Below are positions 1 through 8,328 of a stretch of DNA of 9,984 nucleotides, in pieces. The first letter of the stretch is position 1. Each line of letters begins with the position of its first letter. The notes under the pieces were generated by a model that was not told the DNA's origin, made no database searches, and saw only the letters and a program-made list of their open reading frames with translations. This stretch comes from a virus (Duplodnaviria; Heunggongvirae; Uroviricota; Caudoviricetes). The position numbers and the translations under genes were made by a program. Location of the stretch: IMG/VR virus record IMGVR_UViG_2740892442_000016; one strand, given 5' to 3'.

Positions 1-600
1 ATGCAAATTGGCTATATTCGTGTGTCAACAAACGACCAGAACACGGATTTACAACGCAATGCACTGAACTGCGCAGGATGTGAACTGATTTTTGAAGATA
101 AAATCAGCGGAACGAAATCAACCAGACCGGGATTGAAAAAACTGCTCAGAACGCTATCAGAAGGAGATACGCTGGTTGTCTGGAAGCTGGACAGACTGGG
201 CAGAAGTATGAAACACCTGATCACGCTTATTGAGGAATTGCGGGAAAAAGGTGTTAATTTCCGTAGTCTGACGGACAGCATTGACACGTCAACACCCATG
301 GGGCGTTTCTTTTTTCACGTCATGGGGGCTTTAGCCGAAATGGAACGTGAATTAATTGTAGAACGTACACTGGCCGGGCTGGCAGCAGCACGCGCACAAG
401 GACGCATTGGCGGACGTCGCCCGAAGTTGACAAAAGAACAACACGAGCAAATAGCAAGGCTGATTAAAAACGGTCATGACAGGAAACAACTGGCGATCAT
501 TTACGACATCGGCATATCGACGATTTATCGTTATCACCCTGTAGGCGATATACAGGCTGAAGCAACAACCAGGCAGACTCAGGAAAATGAAAACCGCTAA
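1..600 (+). CDS. Serine recombinase, DNA invertase of the Hin/Gin/Pin/Cin family
   Basis: 199-aa ORF starting MQIGYIRVSTNDQNTDLQRNAL with the catalytic-serine N-terminus, the GDTLVVWKLDRLGRS and MGRFFFHVMGALAEMERELI blocks and a C-terminal helix-turn-helix (GRIGGRRPKLTKEQHEQI), all matching my recollection of Hin/Pin. Confidence 0.9.
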   Translation: MQIGYIRVSTNDQNTDLQRNALNCAGCELIFEDKISGTKSTRPGLKKLLRTLSEGDTLVVWKLDRLGRSMKHLITLIEELREKGVNFRSLTDSIDTSTPMGRFFFHVMGALAEMERELIVERTLAGLAAARAQGRIGGRRPKLTKEQHEQIARLIKNGHDRKQLAIIYDIGISTIYRYHPVGDIQAEATTRQTQENENR

Positions 601-619
601 TCTGACCATTAGCGGTTTT
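590..619. terminator. Perfect 11-bp inverted repeat (AAAACCGCTAA / TTAGCGGTTTT) with 8-nt loop between the convergent invertase and U genes; likely bidirectional terminator
   Basis: Seen directly: stem 590-600 and 609-619, loop 601-608; A-run before and T-run after. The invertase stop codon lies in the left arm. Confidence 0.45.
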
Positions 620-626
620 GCGTTAA

Positions 627-1121
627 TCAAAACAGCCCTTTAACGGAGCTGACCGCGCTGTTAAGGGATGATGTGACCTTATCTTTGAAGCCGGACAGCA
701 TATCACTGAACGATGAGGATTGCAGGCGCTCCCGCAAATCCTCATCACAGCGTTCAAGGGTCAGTGAAAATTCTATCTTTTTCGCCTTACCGTAGCGATC
801 AAACTCGGAACGGGTCGTATTCGTTTCGGTCAGGACATACATGCCGTAAATCTGCCCGACACCATCAATCAGAGGCCAGGGGCGTCCTGTATATGCCTGC
901 GTGGTCAGCAACGAAAGCGACACTTCGCCACCTGTAATTTCAGGATAAAGCACGCCTGAAAGCACGATGCGATCATCACCTGCACCGATATACTGCCAGC
1001 TTGCTGAACGGTTAACGCGTTCATTTTTCACATGCCGCCAGCTTTTGCTTTGCTGTAACTGCTGATGCGGCAACGTGCGCAGCTCAAAAACAAACATGCC
1101 GTAGATCATCATCATGGCCAT
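627..1121 (-). CDS. U: Phage tail protein U (P2 gpU / Mu N-like)
   Basis: 164-aa ORF directly after the tape measure gene (T stop 1128-1130, U ATG 1121-1119, GAGGAG RBS inside the T 3' end); N-terminus MMMIYGMFVFEL...LSGVLYPEITGG resembles gpU as recalled. Confidence 0.8.
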   Translation of the reverse strand: MAMMMIYGMFVFELRTLPHQQLQQSKSWRHVKNERVNRSASWQYIGAGDDRIVLSGVLYPEITGGEVSLSLLTTQAYTGRPWPLIDGVGQIYGMYVLTETNTTRSEFDRYGKAKKIEFSLTLERCDEDLRERLQSSSFSDMLSGFKDKVTSSLNSAVSSVKGLF

Positions 1122-1127
1122 GACTCC

Positions 1128-4049
1128 TCAATCTTTATCGTAAAAACTGCCACGCCCGGCACGGGCGCGCCGTTCCATTTCTGCCCTGACCATTTCACCG
1201 ACCAGTTTCGCCAGTTCGCGGGGATTCTGCGTAACAACGTTATGCAGATGAACATGAATTTCACCACCAAATCCGGAGGCAACAGGCTCCCGGTTACGGG
1301 AAGTTACAGGAACTGATGCCACTGGCGATCGTATGGCCTCCGCCACCGGGCGGGAGCTGGCCGCAACAACAGGGACCAGCGCCGGAGGCAGCGGAGCCGG
1401 GACCACGGGTGTGATATTAATTGCGGGGGCAGGCTTACTGACCTGCGCAATCTTCCGCTCCTGCCACTCCCCACCAGGGACCAGCGCCAGAGGCAGCGGA
1501 GCAGGGACCACGGGTGTGATATTAATTGCGGAGGCAGGCTTACTGACCTGCGCAATCTTCCGCTCCTGCCACTCCCCACGAACGGCAAGTGCGCGGGGCA
1601 GGTTCTTAAAGACAATATCACCGGGGCCAATGCGTTTTTTCGTCTCATCAACCAGCTTACCTGTGTTATCAGCAATTTTGCTGAGTCTGCGTAGCGTACC
1701 GGTATTGCTGTCTGTGAGCGGTTTGTTGTCTTTGGGTTTATCGCCTCCGGTGCCATTGCCATTTTCCGCAGACTTCGGCGGATTGATTTTCGCAAGGTCT
1801 CCCTGAAACAGAGCAACCTTGTCCTGAAGAATGGCCGCACGCTGTGCGTCTTCAATTTTCTTGCGCGCCCTTTCCGCTTCATCCGGAAGGACACCAAGTT
1901 TTTCAAGTATCCACGCCAGCGTATCCAGTAGCATTTTTGCAGGTGTCAGAACAAGCTGTAACGCACCGCCAAGAACGTTACCGAATATCTCGCCAGCACT
2001 GGTACATTTATCCAGCGTTTCCTTGCTGGACTCCATCGGTGACAGCAGCGATTTAAACCAGTTAAAGACCTGAATAATCCCATCGCGCACGACATCAAAA
2101 ACAGGACCGAACCGTTCAAAGGTTTCGCGCAACGGAGCCAGTCGTTCCATAATCCCGTTGAACACCCCGATATAAAACGCCTTGATGGGTTCCCAGTATT
2201 TCCAGATGAGAACTGCCGCAGCCACAAACGCGGCAACAATCAATCCGACCGGACTGAACAGCGCCCCGATAGCGCCACCCAGCAACGAGATGGAACCTGT
2301 TACCATTCCCCATAGTGCTGGCAGCACCCTGACGACATTCATTGATCCTGTCAGGAGAGAAAAACCGAGACGTAACGTAGCCAGCTTCCCGTGAAGCACC
2401 CCAATAACCAGAGACAACGAACCAACCGTTGCTGTTGTCGCCAGCAGTGCGCCTCCCGCTATCAGTAACTGGCGCGTCAGTACCGGATGGGCCTGCGCCA
2501 GCGCCGTCACCTTTGAGACCACCCGCGTGAGCCACTGCGTGACAGAACGCAGCGGACCGTCAATCAGATCTGCAATGCGGATGCGCAACCCTTCCCATGC
2601 ACTGCCGAGTGATTTCAGATCGCCATCAAGGTTGTTGGCCATAACCTTTGCCGTGCGTTCAGCCTCACCGCGTGCGCCCTCAAGTTCTTTTCTCAGTTTG
2701 GGTAAGGAACCGTCACCCGCCGCATCAACGAGTGCCATAAACGATGTGAAAGCCTCTTCCCCGGCGATGTCCTTAAAGAAGGATACCCGGTCAACTTCCC
2801 CGTATTTGCGGGTAGCTTTATAAAGGTCAGCCAGCAGATCTTCCATCGGGCGCATTTTGCCCCCGGCATCCGAGACGGACACGCCCAGCTCTTTCAGAGC
2901 TTCTGCCGCCGCCTTTGGCGGTGATGCCAGACGAGCCAGGCTGGCACGCATTGCCGTCCCGGCATCACTCCCTCTGATGCCCATATTCGCCAGCACGCCC
3001 GCCATCGCTGCGGCCTGCTCCAGCGATATCCCCAGCTTACCCGCCACCGGACCGGCATATTTCATGGTTTCGCCCAGTGCGCGAAGGTCAGTGTTGGTAC
3101 GGGTAAACGCTGCGGTGAGTGTGTCTCCGACCCGGTCCATCTGGTCAGCAGAAAGGCCGAACTGCGTCAGGATATTTGAGCCAATATCTGCCGTCTCGCC
3201 GAGATCCATACCGCCAGCCGTTGCCATGCTCAGTACGCCGGGAAGCGCAGCCTGAATGGCCTGCGGAGTGAAGCCTGCCATTGCAAGAAATGCCTGCCCA
3301 CTGGCGGCATCGCCTGCGGTGAACTGCGTTTCAGAGCCAAGTTTTAACGCCTGCTCACGCAGCGCCTTAAACTGCGGGCTGTTTTTGTCGATTCGCGTCA
3401 GTGCCTGAACGCGGGACATCTCTTTCCCGAACCCGATCGCAGGCTGCAAAAAACGCCCGGCAGCATAGCCGCCAGCCGCTGCCGCACCAATTGCCAGCGC
3501 ACCACCTGTTTTCAGTTTTCCTGCTGTTTCCTGCGCGCGCGAATACCGCTCACGCGCACGCGTTACACGCGCAAGCGCCTGCCGTTCGCGTTCAAGCTGA
3601 TTGTTGTACTGTTCGGTGCGTCTGATAGCCTGCTGGATGGTGTTATCGCTGCCTGTCAGGGAAATGCCGTGGCGTTTCAGCTCTCCGCCAAGCTCCCGCA
3701 TTTTCTGAATTTCCCGTGTGCGCGATTCATTCAGGCGTTCAAGCCGGGTGCTTAACTGCTGCATCAGCTTTTGTTGTTTTTCGCTGAGCACTGTACCCGT
3801 GCGTTGTAACTGATTAAGGGCGTTAAGCTGGCGTCGTGCTTTCACGATGCCAGCATCCGCTTTACTGACAGCGTCACGGGCGCGCTCAAATGAACGCGCC
3901 TGACGCTCGAGATTTTTGATCGCCCCCTGCGTTCGCTGGATGGAGTCACCAAACTGCCCCATCAGACGGCGGGCGTTTTCGGCAGGCCGGGTCAGCCTGT
4001 CAACGGCGCTGAAAGCGACCCGGATATCAAGAGTCTTCATTGTCTGCAT
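1128..4049 (-). CDS. T: Tail tape measure protein (P2 gpT-like)
   Basis: Long ORF, about 970-980 aa, with coiled-coil-like N-terminal part, Ala/Gly-rich hydrophobic middle and a Pro-rich C-terminal part; sits between E/E' and U. Start uncertain: ATG at 4049 or 4040, or GTG at 4076; the E+E' product overlaps the start as in P2. Confidence 0.85.
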   Translation of the reverse strand: MQTMKTLDIRVAFSAVDRLTRPAENARRLMGQFGDSIQRTQGAIKNLERQARSFERARDAVSKADAGIVKARRQLNALNQLQRTGTVLSEKQQKLMQQLSTRLERLNESRTREIQKMRELGGELKRHGISLTGSDNTIQQAIRRTEQYNNQLERERQALARVTRARERYSRAQETAGKLKTGGALAIGAAAAGGYAAGRFLQPAIGFGKEMSRVQALTRIDKNSPQFKALREQALKLGSETQFTAGDAASGQAFLAMAGFTPQAIQAALPGVLSMATAGGMDLGETADIGSNILTQFGLSADQMDRVGDTLTAAFTRTNTDLRALGETMKYAGPVAGKLGISLEQAAAMAGVLANMGIRGSDAGTAMRASLARLASPPKAAAEALKELGVSVSDAGGKMRPMEDLLADLYKATRKYGEVDRVSFFKDIAGEEAFTSFMALVDAAGDGSLPKLRKELEGARGEAERTAKVMANNLDGDLKSLGSAWEGLRIRIADLIDGPLRSVTQWLTRVVSKVTALAQAHPVLTRQLLIAGGALLATTATVGSLSLVIGVLHGKLATLRLGFSLLTGSMNVVRVLPALWGMVTGSISLLGGAIGALFSPVGLIVAAFVAAAVLIWKYWEPIKAFYIGVFNGIMERLAPLRETFERFGPVFDVVRDGIIQVFNWFKSLLSPMESSKETLDKCTSAGEIFGNVLGGALQLVLTPAKMLLDTLAWILEKLGVLPDEAERARKKIEDAQRAAILQDKVALFQGDLAKINPPKSAENGNGTGGDKPKDNKPLTDSNTGTLRRLSKIADNTGKLVDETKKRIGPGDIVFKNLPRALAVRGEWQERKIAQVSKPASAINITPVVPAPLPLALVPGGEWQERKIAQVSKPAPAINITPVVPAPLPPALVPVVAASSRPVAEAIRSPVASVPVTSRNREPVASGFGGEIHVHLHNVVTQNPRELAKLVGEMVRAEMERRARAGRGSFYDKD
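1371..1580. repeat. In-frame 105-bp tandem duplication (2 copies, 4 mismatches) inside the tape measure gene
   Basis: Copy 1 at 1371-1475 and copy 2 at 1476-1580 align base by base; they encode a repeated 35-aa unit GEWQERKIAQVSKPA(S/P)AINITPVVPAPLP(L/P)ALVP. Confidence 0.9.
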
Positions 4050-4556
4050 TCCCGCTGCGAAGTGCCGCCCGCTCACGCCAGCTAACCACTTCGCCGGGCG
4101 TCATCATGAAGATTTCGGCGGGCGACCAGTTAAAAATAACGGCAATATCTGCCACAAAGTCTTCTATGTGCTCAAAGCACACAACCGTGATCAGGCTTCC
4201 GTCGCCTGTTCGTTCTTCCCGCCAGAGTCCGCACCGCTCAAAAAATTTACGGCAACCACACATAACTGAATAAAGTCACGGGATGCCATTTTTTTGATCG
4301 TCACTTCATCCAGTCGCGGTGATGTCACGCGTGACAGCAGCGTAAACATGGATTCCGCTTTCAGATTCAGCACATCAGACAACGACAAATCTCGCAGAGA
4401 TCCAGCCTGCTCAATAGCTCCGGTGATCTCCACATACGTGATTTTTTCGCCGCCTCGCTCAATTGGTTGGGTAAGTTTTACGCCACGCTCACTGGTTTCT
4501 TTCACAGTGTCAGTAACTACCGTGTTTTCGGTATCGATGTTTTTCGTCTCTTTCAT
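4027..4556 (-). CDS. E+E': E+E' fusion made by programmed -1 ribosomal frameshift at 4245-4239; about 176 aa, overlapping the start of T
   Basis: Minus-strand heptamer T_TTT_TTG is in the E zero frame (codons AAT TTT TTG = N F L). The -1 frame is open from 4275 to the stop at 4029-4027 and reads KFFERCG... after the slip. Confidence 0.65.
4191..4556 (-). CDS. E: Tail assembly chaperone (P2 gpE-like), zero-frame product
   Basis: 121-aa ORF between FII and T with AAAGGAG RBS 8 nt upstream of the ATG at 4556; contains the slippery heptamer near its 3' end. Confidence 0.7.
   Translation of the reverse strand: MKETKNIDTENTVVTDTVKETSERGVKLTQPIERGGEKITYVEITGAIEQAGSLRDLSLSDVLNLKAESMFTLLSRVTSPRLDEVTIKKMASRDFIQLCVVAVNFLSGADSGGKNEQATEA
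4239..4245 (-). other. Slippery heptamer TTTTTTG for the E/E' -1 frameshift
   Basis: Seen in sequence; it is the same heptamer I recall for the P2 E/E' frameshift site. Confidence 0.6.
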
Positions 4557-4610
4557 CAGGAAACTCCTTTCAGTCAGAGGCGACGCACTGCGCCGCCTGC
4601 ATATTACTTA

Positions 4611-5123
4611 TCAGCCAAGCCCAAGCGCGGAACGGATACGGTCAGGCACAATGTCCTTGCCGTCCTTCCGGTAAATGAAGTTCAGCAGGTCAATCTCCCA
4701 CAACGGGCGATCGTTAACACTCAGCTTGTAGTAGGTGTTTTTAATGGCGTAAGTGTGTGATGTGGCTTCGCCCTGTTTGGCTTCCCCCATATCAATTTCC
4801 GTCACACGTCCGCGCATTTCGACTTCATACAGGTCGCTTTCTGCATCGGTGTAGTATTCACCCGCAAAACGCAGCAGCGTGCCGTCAATCGTGCCGCCAT
4901 ACTTAAGGAACAGCTCACGAACTGCGCCCCCCATGACAAAGCTCGCATCAAGCGCGGAGTCGTCCAGACCGAGATCAATACTTACCGCACCCATCATGCC
5001 ACCACCCCGGTAGCTGTCGGTTTTGCGCGTCAGTTTAGGCAGAGTGACGGACGTCACCTTACCCACTTCGTTTTCACCATCCACAAACAGCGTAAAAAAG
5101 CGAAGATGTTTTGGTACAGCCAT
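4611..5123 (-). CDS. FII: Major tail tube protein (P2 gpFII-like)
   Basis: 170-aa ORF starting MAVPKHLRFFTLFVDG...VTSVTLPKLTRK; its ATG overlaps the sheath stop in a TGATG junction at 5121-5125. Confidence 0.85.
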   Translation of the reverse strand: MAVPKHLRFFTLFVDGENEVGKVTSVTLPKLTRKTDSYRGGGMMGAVSIDLGLDDSALDASFVMGGAVRELFLKYGGTIDGTLLRFAGEYYTDAESDLYEVEMRGRVTEIDMGEAKQGEATSHTYAIKNTYYKLSVNDRPLWEIDLLNFIYRKDGKDIVPDRIRSALGLG

Positions 5124-6306
5124 CAGGCACCTCCCAGCACCGCAAATGCGGGACCAAAGAATTCATCAGTAAACGACTGGTAAAGCTCCATGTCTTCCAG
5201 CGGGGGAACTGGCGTATATTTGTAGCGAATACGCACACGTCCCTGACGTAAACCCGTGGTGCTGTTATCCACCACGTCATACCAGCACTCCGCGCCAATC
5301 AGTTTCCCGGCAGTAACCAGTGAATCCAGTTTTGCCCTGATGGCACTGATAACATCCTTCACGTTCGCAGGCGTCAGTGGACTGTCGATGGTTTCAAACT
5401 GCGCTTCCGCAATTGAATCAGCCAGCACCTGTGCGGTTCGGGTATACACCTCAAAGATGTAGGCGTTCGTTTCCGGTGTGCGGTTGCCCCAGAAGCGGAA
5501 CCCGTTACGACGAATAATGGTCGTGATTTCTTTGTTGTTAAGGCTGTTGGCATCGCTGTCTTCGGCCTGCAACGACCAGAACACATGCCGGGACATCCCC
5601 AGCACATTTTTAACCGGAACGTTGGACAGTGATTTGTGCCAGCCCTGCTCATGGTCAATGTACGCACGAAGGCCGCACGCATAAGCAGGCGCGGGGAACG
5701 TTTCGTTTTTGCCACTTTTCGGGTTGTAGGCGATGAAGTCCGGCCATAAGAGCATCACCTCACGTTCGTTGAATTTCTGGCGGTAGGTAATTGCCTCTGC
5801 CATCGTGTTACAGCCATGACATGAGGCATACACAAACGCGCGCAGTTTACCCGCAATCACGCACAGGGATTTTGTCACCGCCTCCGTGTCCAGCTCCGGC
5901 GCGGCCAGAATACGCGGACGGTATCCGATGCTTTCATCCTGCTCTGCAACAAGCAGCGCATACATCCCCGTATAGCTGCCGTCAGATTCAGAACCACCGA
6001 TAACCAGTTGATCCTGCGTCTTTCCGTTTTCTTCTTTGTGTTCAGCCACGCGAACGACGATCACCTTTGTGCTCACCTGGTCTGCGATGGCCTTAAGCGC
6101 ACGATAAAGCGTCCCCGTTGTCCCGCATTTTCCCAGCACGTCATTGACGCGGGTCAGCAGTGTGGCTTGTTCAGCGGGAACAGCTTCGCGTCCGCATCAT
6201 CCGCCGTTGCCACGATACCGATAACGCTGGAATCAACATCGTTAATCGCTGTTACCAGGTCGGTACTTTCCGTAACACGGGCACCATGAAAACGAGTTTC
6301 ACTCAT
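5123..6306 (-). CDS. FI: Tail sheath protein (P2 gpFI-like), interrupted by an apparent 1-nt frameshift near 6157-6165; possible pseudogene or sequencing error
   Basis: ATG at 6306 gives MSETRFHGARVTE...DADAKLFPLNKPHC then TGA at 6156-6154. The rest of the sheath (LLTRVNDVLGKCGTTGTLYRALKAIADQ... to the stop at 5123) continues in another frame that opens after 6196. Combined length of about 393 codons matches a full sheath. Confidence 0.8.
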
Positions 6307-6463
6307 AGCTTCAGCCCCTTGTATCCGTTAAATGATTCGGCAACAATCATCACCCACCACGCGCGTAATCTCACCCCTGCGCCGTTCTCCCGCCACGGCG
6401 ACAACAAAAAGCAGTAACCCCCTCCGCACGCACATGCGACCATGCCGCACAGGGAGGGAGCAG

Positions 6464-7573
6464 ATGACCGACACCACCATGCAATTGCTCAGTCAGGGCA
6501 CAGACACCGTGAAAATGCCGGATTTTGATATTCTCGCGGAGGGTAAAACGCTGTCAGGCGTGGCAGAGCGCCTGATGAGCCTGTCACTGACCGACAACCG
6601 GGGATTTGAGGCGGACCAGCTCACCATCACGCTGGATGATGCGGATGGTCAGTTGCAGCTACCGCCACGGGGCGCGCGCCTGACGGTTCTCATTGGCTGG
6701 AAGGGAGAACCGCTGACAGAAAAAGGCACTTACATTGTTGATGAAATCGCTCACGAAGGACCGCCGGACAGGCTGACTGTTTCAGCCAGAAGCGCAGATT
6801 TTCGGGATGAATTTAACGTTAAACGTGAGGTGTCCTGGCATGATGTGACCGTTGAGCGTGTGGTATCCGCCATCGCTCATCGGTATGGTCTGAAACCGCA
6901 AATCAGCGAAATGCTGATGGATATCGAAATCGACCACGCCGACCAGACCGAAGAAAGCGACATGTCCTTCCTTACGCGCATGGCGGAAATGCTGGGCGCA
7001 ATCACCACGGTAAAAAGCGGCAATCTGTTATTCATCATGCCAGGTGGTGGCGTGAACGCACAGGGCCAGCCGTTGCCCTCGTTCGCCATTACACGCAGCA
7101 GCGGCGATCGCCATCAGTTCCGCATTGCTGACCGCGAGGCGTATACGGGGGTACGCGCCTACTGGCTTGATCTTAATTACGGGAAAAAGAAAAAAGTCAG
7201 CGTGAAACGCCGTAAACCGCCAAAACCCAAAAAGGAGAAAAGCAGCAGCCGTGAAGGTGATTATATGGAAGGCGCGGAAGGCAATGTGTTTGTGTTACGC
7301 AAGACTTATCAGAACGAGCAGGCAGCAAGACGCGCAGCGGCGGCAAAGTGGCAGCAGCTACAACGCGGAGCCGCATCATTCTCCATCACGCTGGCATGTG
7401 GTCGTGCAGAACTCTACCCCGAAATGCATGGCACGGTAACAGGATTTAAAAGCGAGATTGATAATCAGGACTGGATTATTGCAAAAGCCGAGCACACCAT
7501 CGATAACAGCGGCTTTACCACGCAGCTTGAGCTTGAGGCAAAAATCTCGGAATGGATAGCAGAAACAGAGTGA
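6464..7573 (+). CDS. D: Phage tail protein D (P2 gpD / late control D family)
   Basis: ORF with AGGGAGGGAG RBS at 6451-6460 and ATG at 6464. Motifs SLTDNRGFEADQL, SARSADFRDEF, ESDMSFLTRMAE and YTGVRAYW fit the gpD family as recalled. The open frame runs upstream to 6332 but has no RBS there. Confidence 0.85.
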   Translation: MTDTTMQLLSQGTDTVKMPDFDILAEGKTLSGVAERLMSLSLTDNRGFEADQLTITLDDADGQLQLPPRGARLTVLIGWKGEPLTEKGTYIVDEIAHEGPPDRLTVSARSADFRDEFNVKREVSWHDVTVERVVSAIAHRYGLKPQISEMLMDIEIDHADQTEESDMSFLTRMAEMLGAITTVKSGNLLFIMPGGGVNAQGQPLPSFAITRSSGDRHQFRIADREAYTGVRAYWLDLNYGKKKKVSVKRRKPPKPKKEKSSSREGDYMEGAEGNVFVLRKTYQNEQAARRAAAAKWQQLQRGAASFSITLACGRAELYPEMHGTVTGFKSEIDNQDWIIAKAEHTIDNSGFTTQLELEAKISEWIAETE

Positions 7574-7615
7574 GCAACTTAGAATAGCAGCAGCACCACG
7601 TTAAGGGAGGTCGCT

Positions 7616-7876
7616 ATGTTCCGTTGTCCGCTTTGTGGCGCATCTGCCCGTATCCGCACCAGTCGTCCTGAAAATGATTCAAACACCGTGCGGCAAAAGT
7701 ATTACCAGTGTAACAACCTGGAATGCGGCGTATGCTTCTCAACACTGGAAGCTTTCCATAAATTCACATCAAAACACGCCTCCGGCGTTCACTCTTCAGA
7801 AGGTATCCCGTGGCATGAGCTGCCAGCTTCACACAGGGGAAACAATCAGATGAGTTTGCCTTTACCTCAGAATTAA
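7616..7876 (+). CDS. ogr: Ogr-type zinc-finger late transcription activator
   Basis: Starts MFRCPLCGASARIRTSR...YYQCNNLEC, giving the C-X2-C-X23-C-X4-C finger; AAGGGAGG RBS 5 nt upstream. At 86 aa it has a C-terminal extension relative to P2 Ogr (about 72 aa). Confidence 0.85.
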   Translation: MFRCPLCGASARIRTSRPENDSNTVRQKYYQCNNLECGVCFSTLEAFHKFTSKHASGVHSSEGIPWHELPASHRGNNQMSLPLPQN

Positions 7877-7885
7877 CAGGCAGAA

Positions 7886-7914
7886 TTGCCGGAGTAACAA
7901 AAAAGCGATAGATT
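7886..7914 (+). promoter_or_regulatory. Candidate sigma70 promoter for the toxin mRNA (TTGCCG, 17-bp spacer, TAGATT)
   Basis: Seen in sequence just after the ogr stop. It would place the transcript start near 7921, giving a leader of about 147 nt before the toxin ATG. Confidence 0.3.
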
Positions 7915-8067
7915 ACGCGCGGGTGCCTTTCGGCTGATGGTCGGAGGGAATACCCGAAGGCCAGATGTGGAAAGGCCCCGGAAAACATTTCTGTTTAACC
8001 GAGGCCCTAACATATCTACCTTAAGCAAGTGATAGGTTAGCGCCTCTCCAACAAAGGAGCAAGCGCT

Positions 8068-8208
8068 ATGTCGCAAAAATCGCTTACGGCCATCACGTTC
8101 TGCGTGACGGTAATCCTCATCATCTGGATGCTACACGGTTCGCTGTGTGAAATACGGATGAGCTTCTGGGGAGCGGAGTTTGCGGCGTTCTTACAGTGTA
8201 AGCAGTAA
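8068..8208 (+). CDS. Hok/Gef/PndA-family type I toxin (46 aa, single transmembrane helix)
   Basis: MSQKSLTAITFCVTVILIIWMLHGSLCEIRMSFWGAEFAAFLQCKQ: hydrophobic N-terminal helix followed by the SLCEIR and E-x-AAF-L-x-C-K motifs I recall from Hok and PndA; AAAGGAG RBS 8 nt upstream. Below the 60-aa cutoff of the ORF track. Confidence 0.65.
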   Translation: MSQKSLTAITFCVTVILIIWMLHGSLCEIRMSFWGAEFAAFLQCKQ

Positions 8209-8217
8209 GGAAACCGC

Positions 8218-8239
8218 GACGGGGGAGCAATCCCCCGTC
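8218..8239 (+). other. Stable stem-loop (9-bp GC-rich stem, GCAA tetraloop) directly after the toxin stop codon
   Basis: GACGGGGGA-GCAA-TCCCCCGTC seen in sequence; no U-tract follows, so it is more likely an mRNA structural element than a terminator. Confidence 0.4.
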
Positions 8240-8296
8240 AATCGGTTGCTAAGGTTGGCTGAAGTGGCACCCTATCTCACAGACATGAACAACAAA

Positions 8297-8328
8297 CCCG
8301 CAGCGTAAGAACTGCGGGTTTTCTTTTT
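8297..8328 (+). terminator. Rho-independent terminator (CCCGCAG stem, 8-nt loop, TTTTCTTTTT tail)
   Basis: Seen in sequence; would end the toxin transcript at a total length of roughly 400 nt. Confidence 0.6.

Noticed and set aside
590-619. The inverted repeat at the invertase stop as a possible gix/hix recombination site
   Set aside because: The arms are separated by 8 nt and form a long perfect stem; gix/hix sites have 12-bp half-sites around a 2-bp core. A terminator hairpin is the better reading.
1304-1906. ORFs of 200 aa (minus) and 157 aa (plus, 1333-1806) overlapping the tape measure gene, plus other nested ORFs up to 4269
   Set aside because: They lie entirely inside the much longer, recognisable tape measure ORF and run through its GC-rich repeat; their translations are Arg/Ser/Pro-rich with no start signals.
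5374-6289. Several 68-113 aa ORFs on either strand inside the sheath gene
   Set aside because: Embedded in or antisense to a well-supported gene, with no RBS; typical shadow ORFs.
6332-6463. Upstream extension of the D ORF to an ATG at 6332 (413 aa)
   Set aside because: No RBS at 6332 and the extension is Arg/Pro/Thr-rich; the ATG at 6464 has a strong AGGGAGGGAG RBS.
7937-8032. Short ORF upstream of the toxin as an independent protein-coding gene
   Set aside because: No RBS and only 31 codons; more likely part of the toxin mRNA leader. Kept only as a note under the toxin locus.
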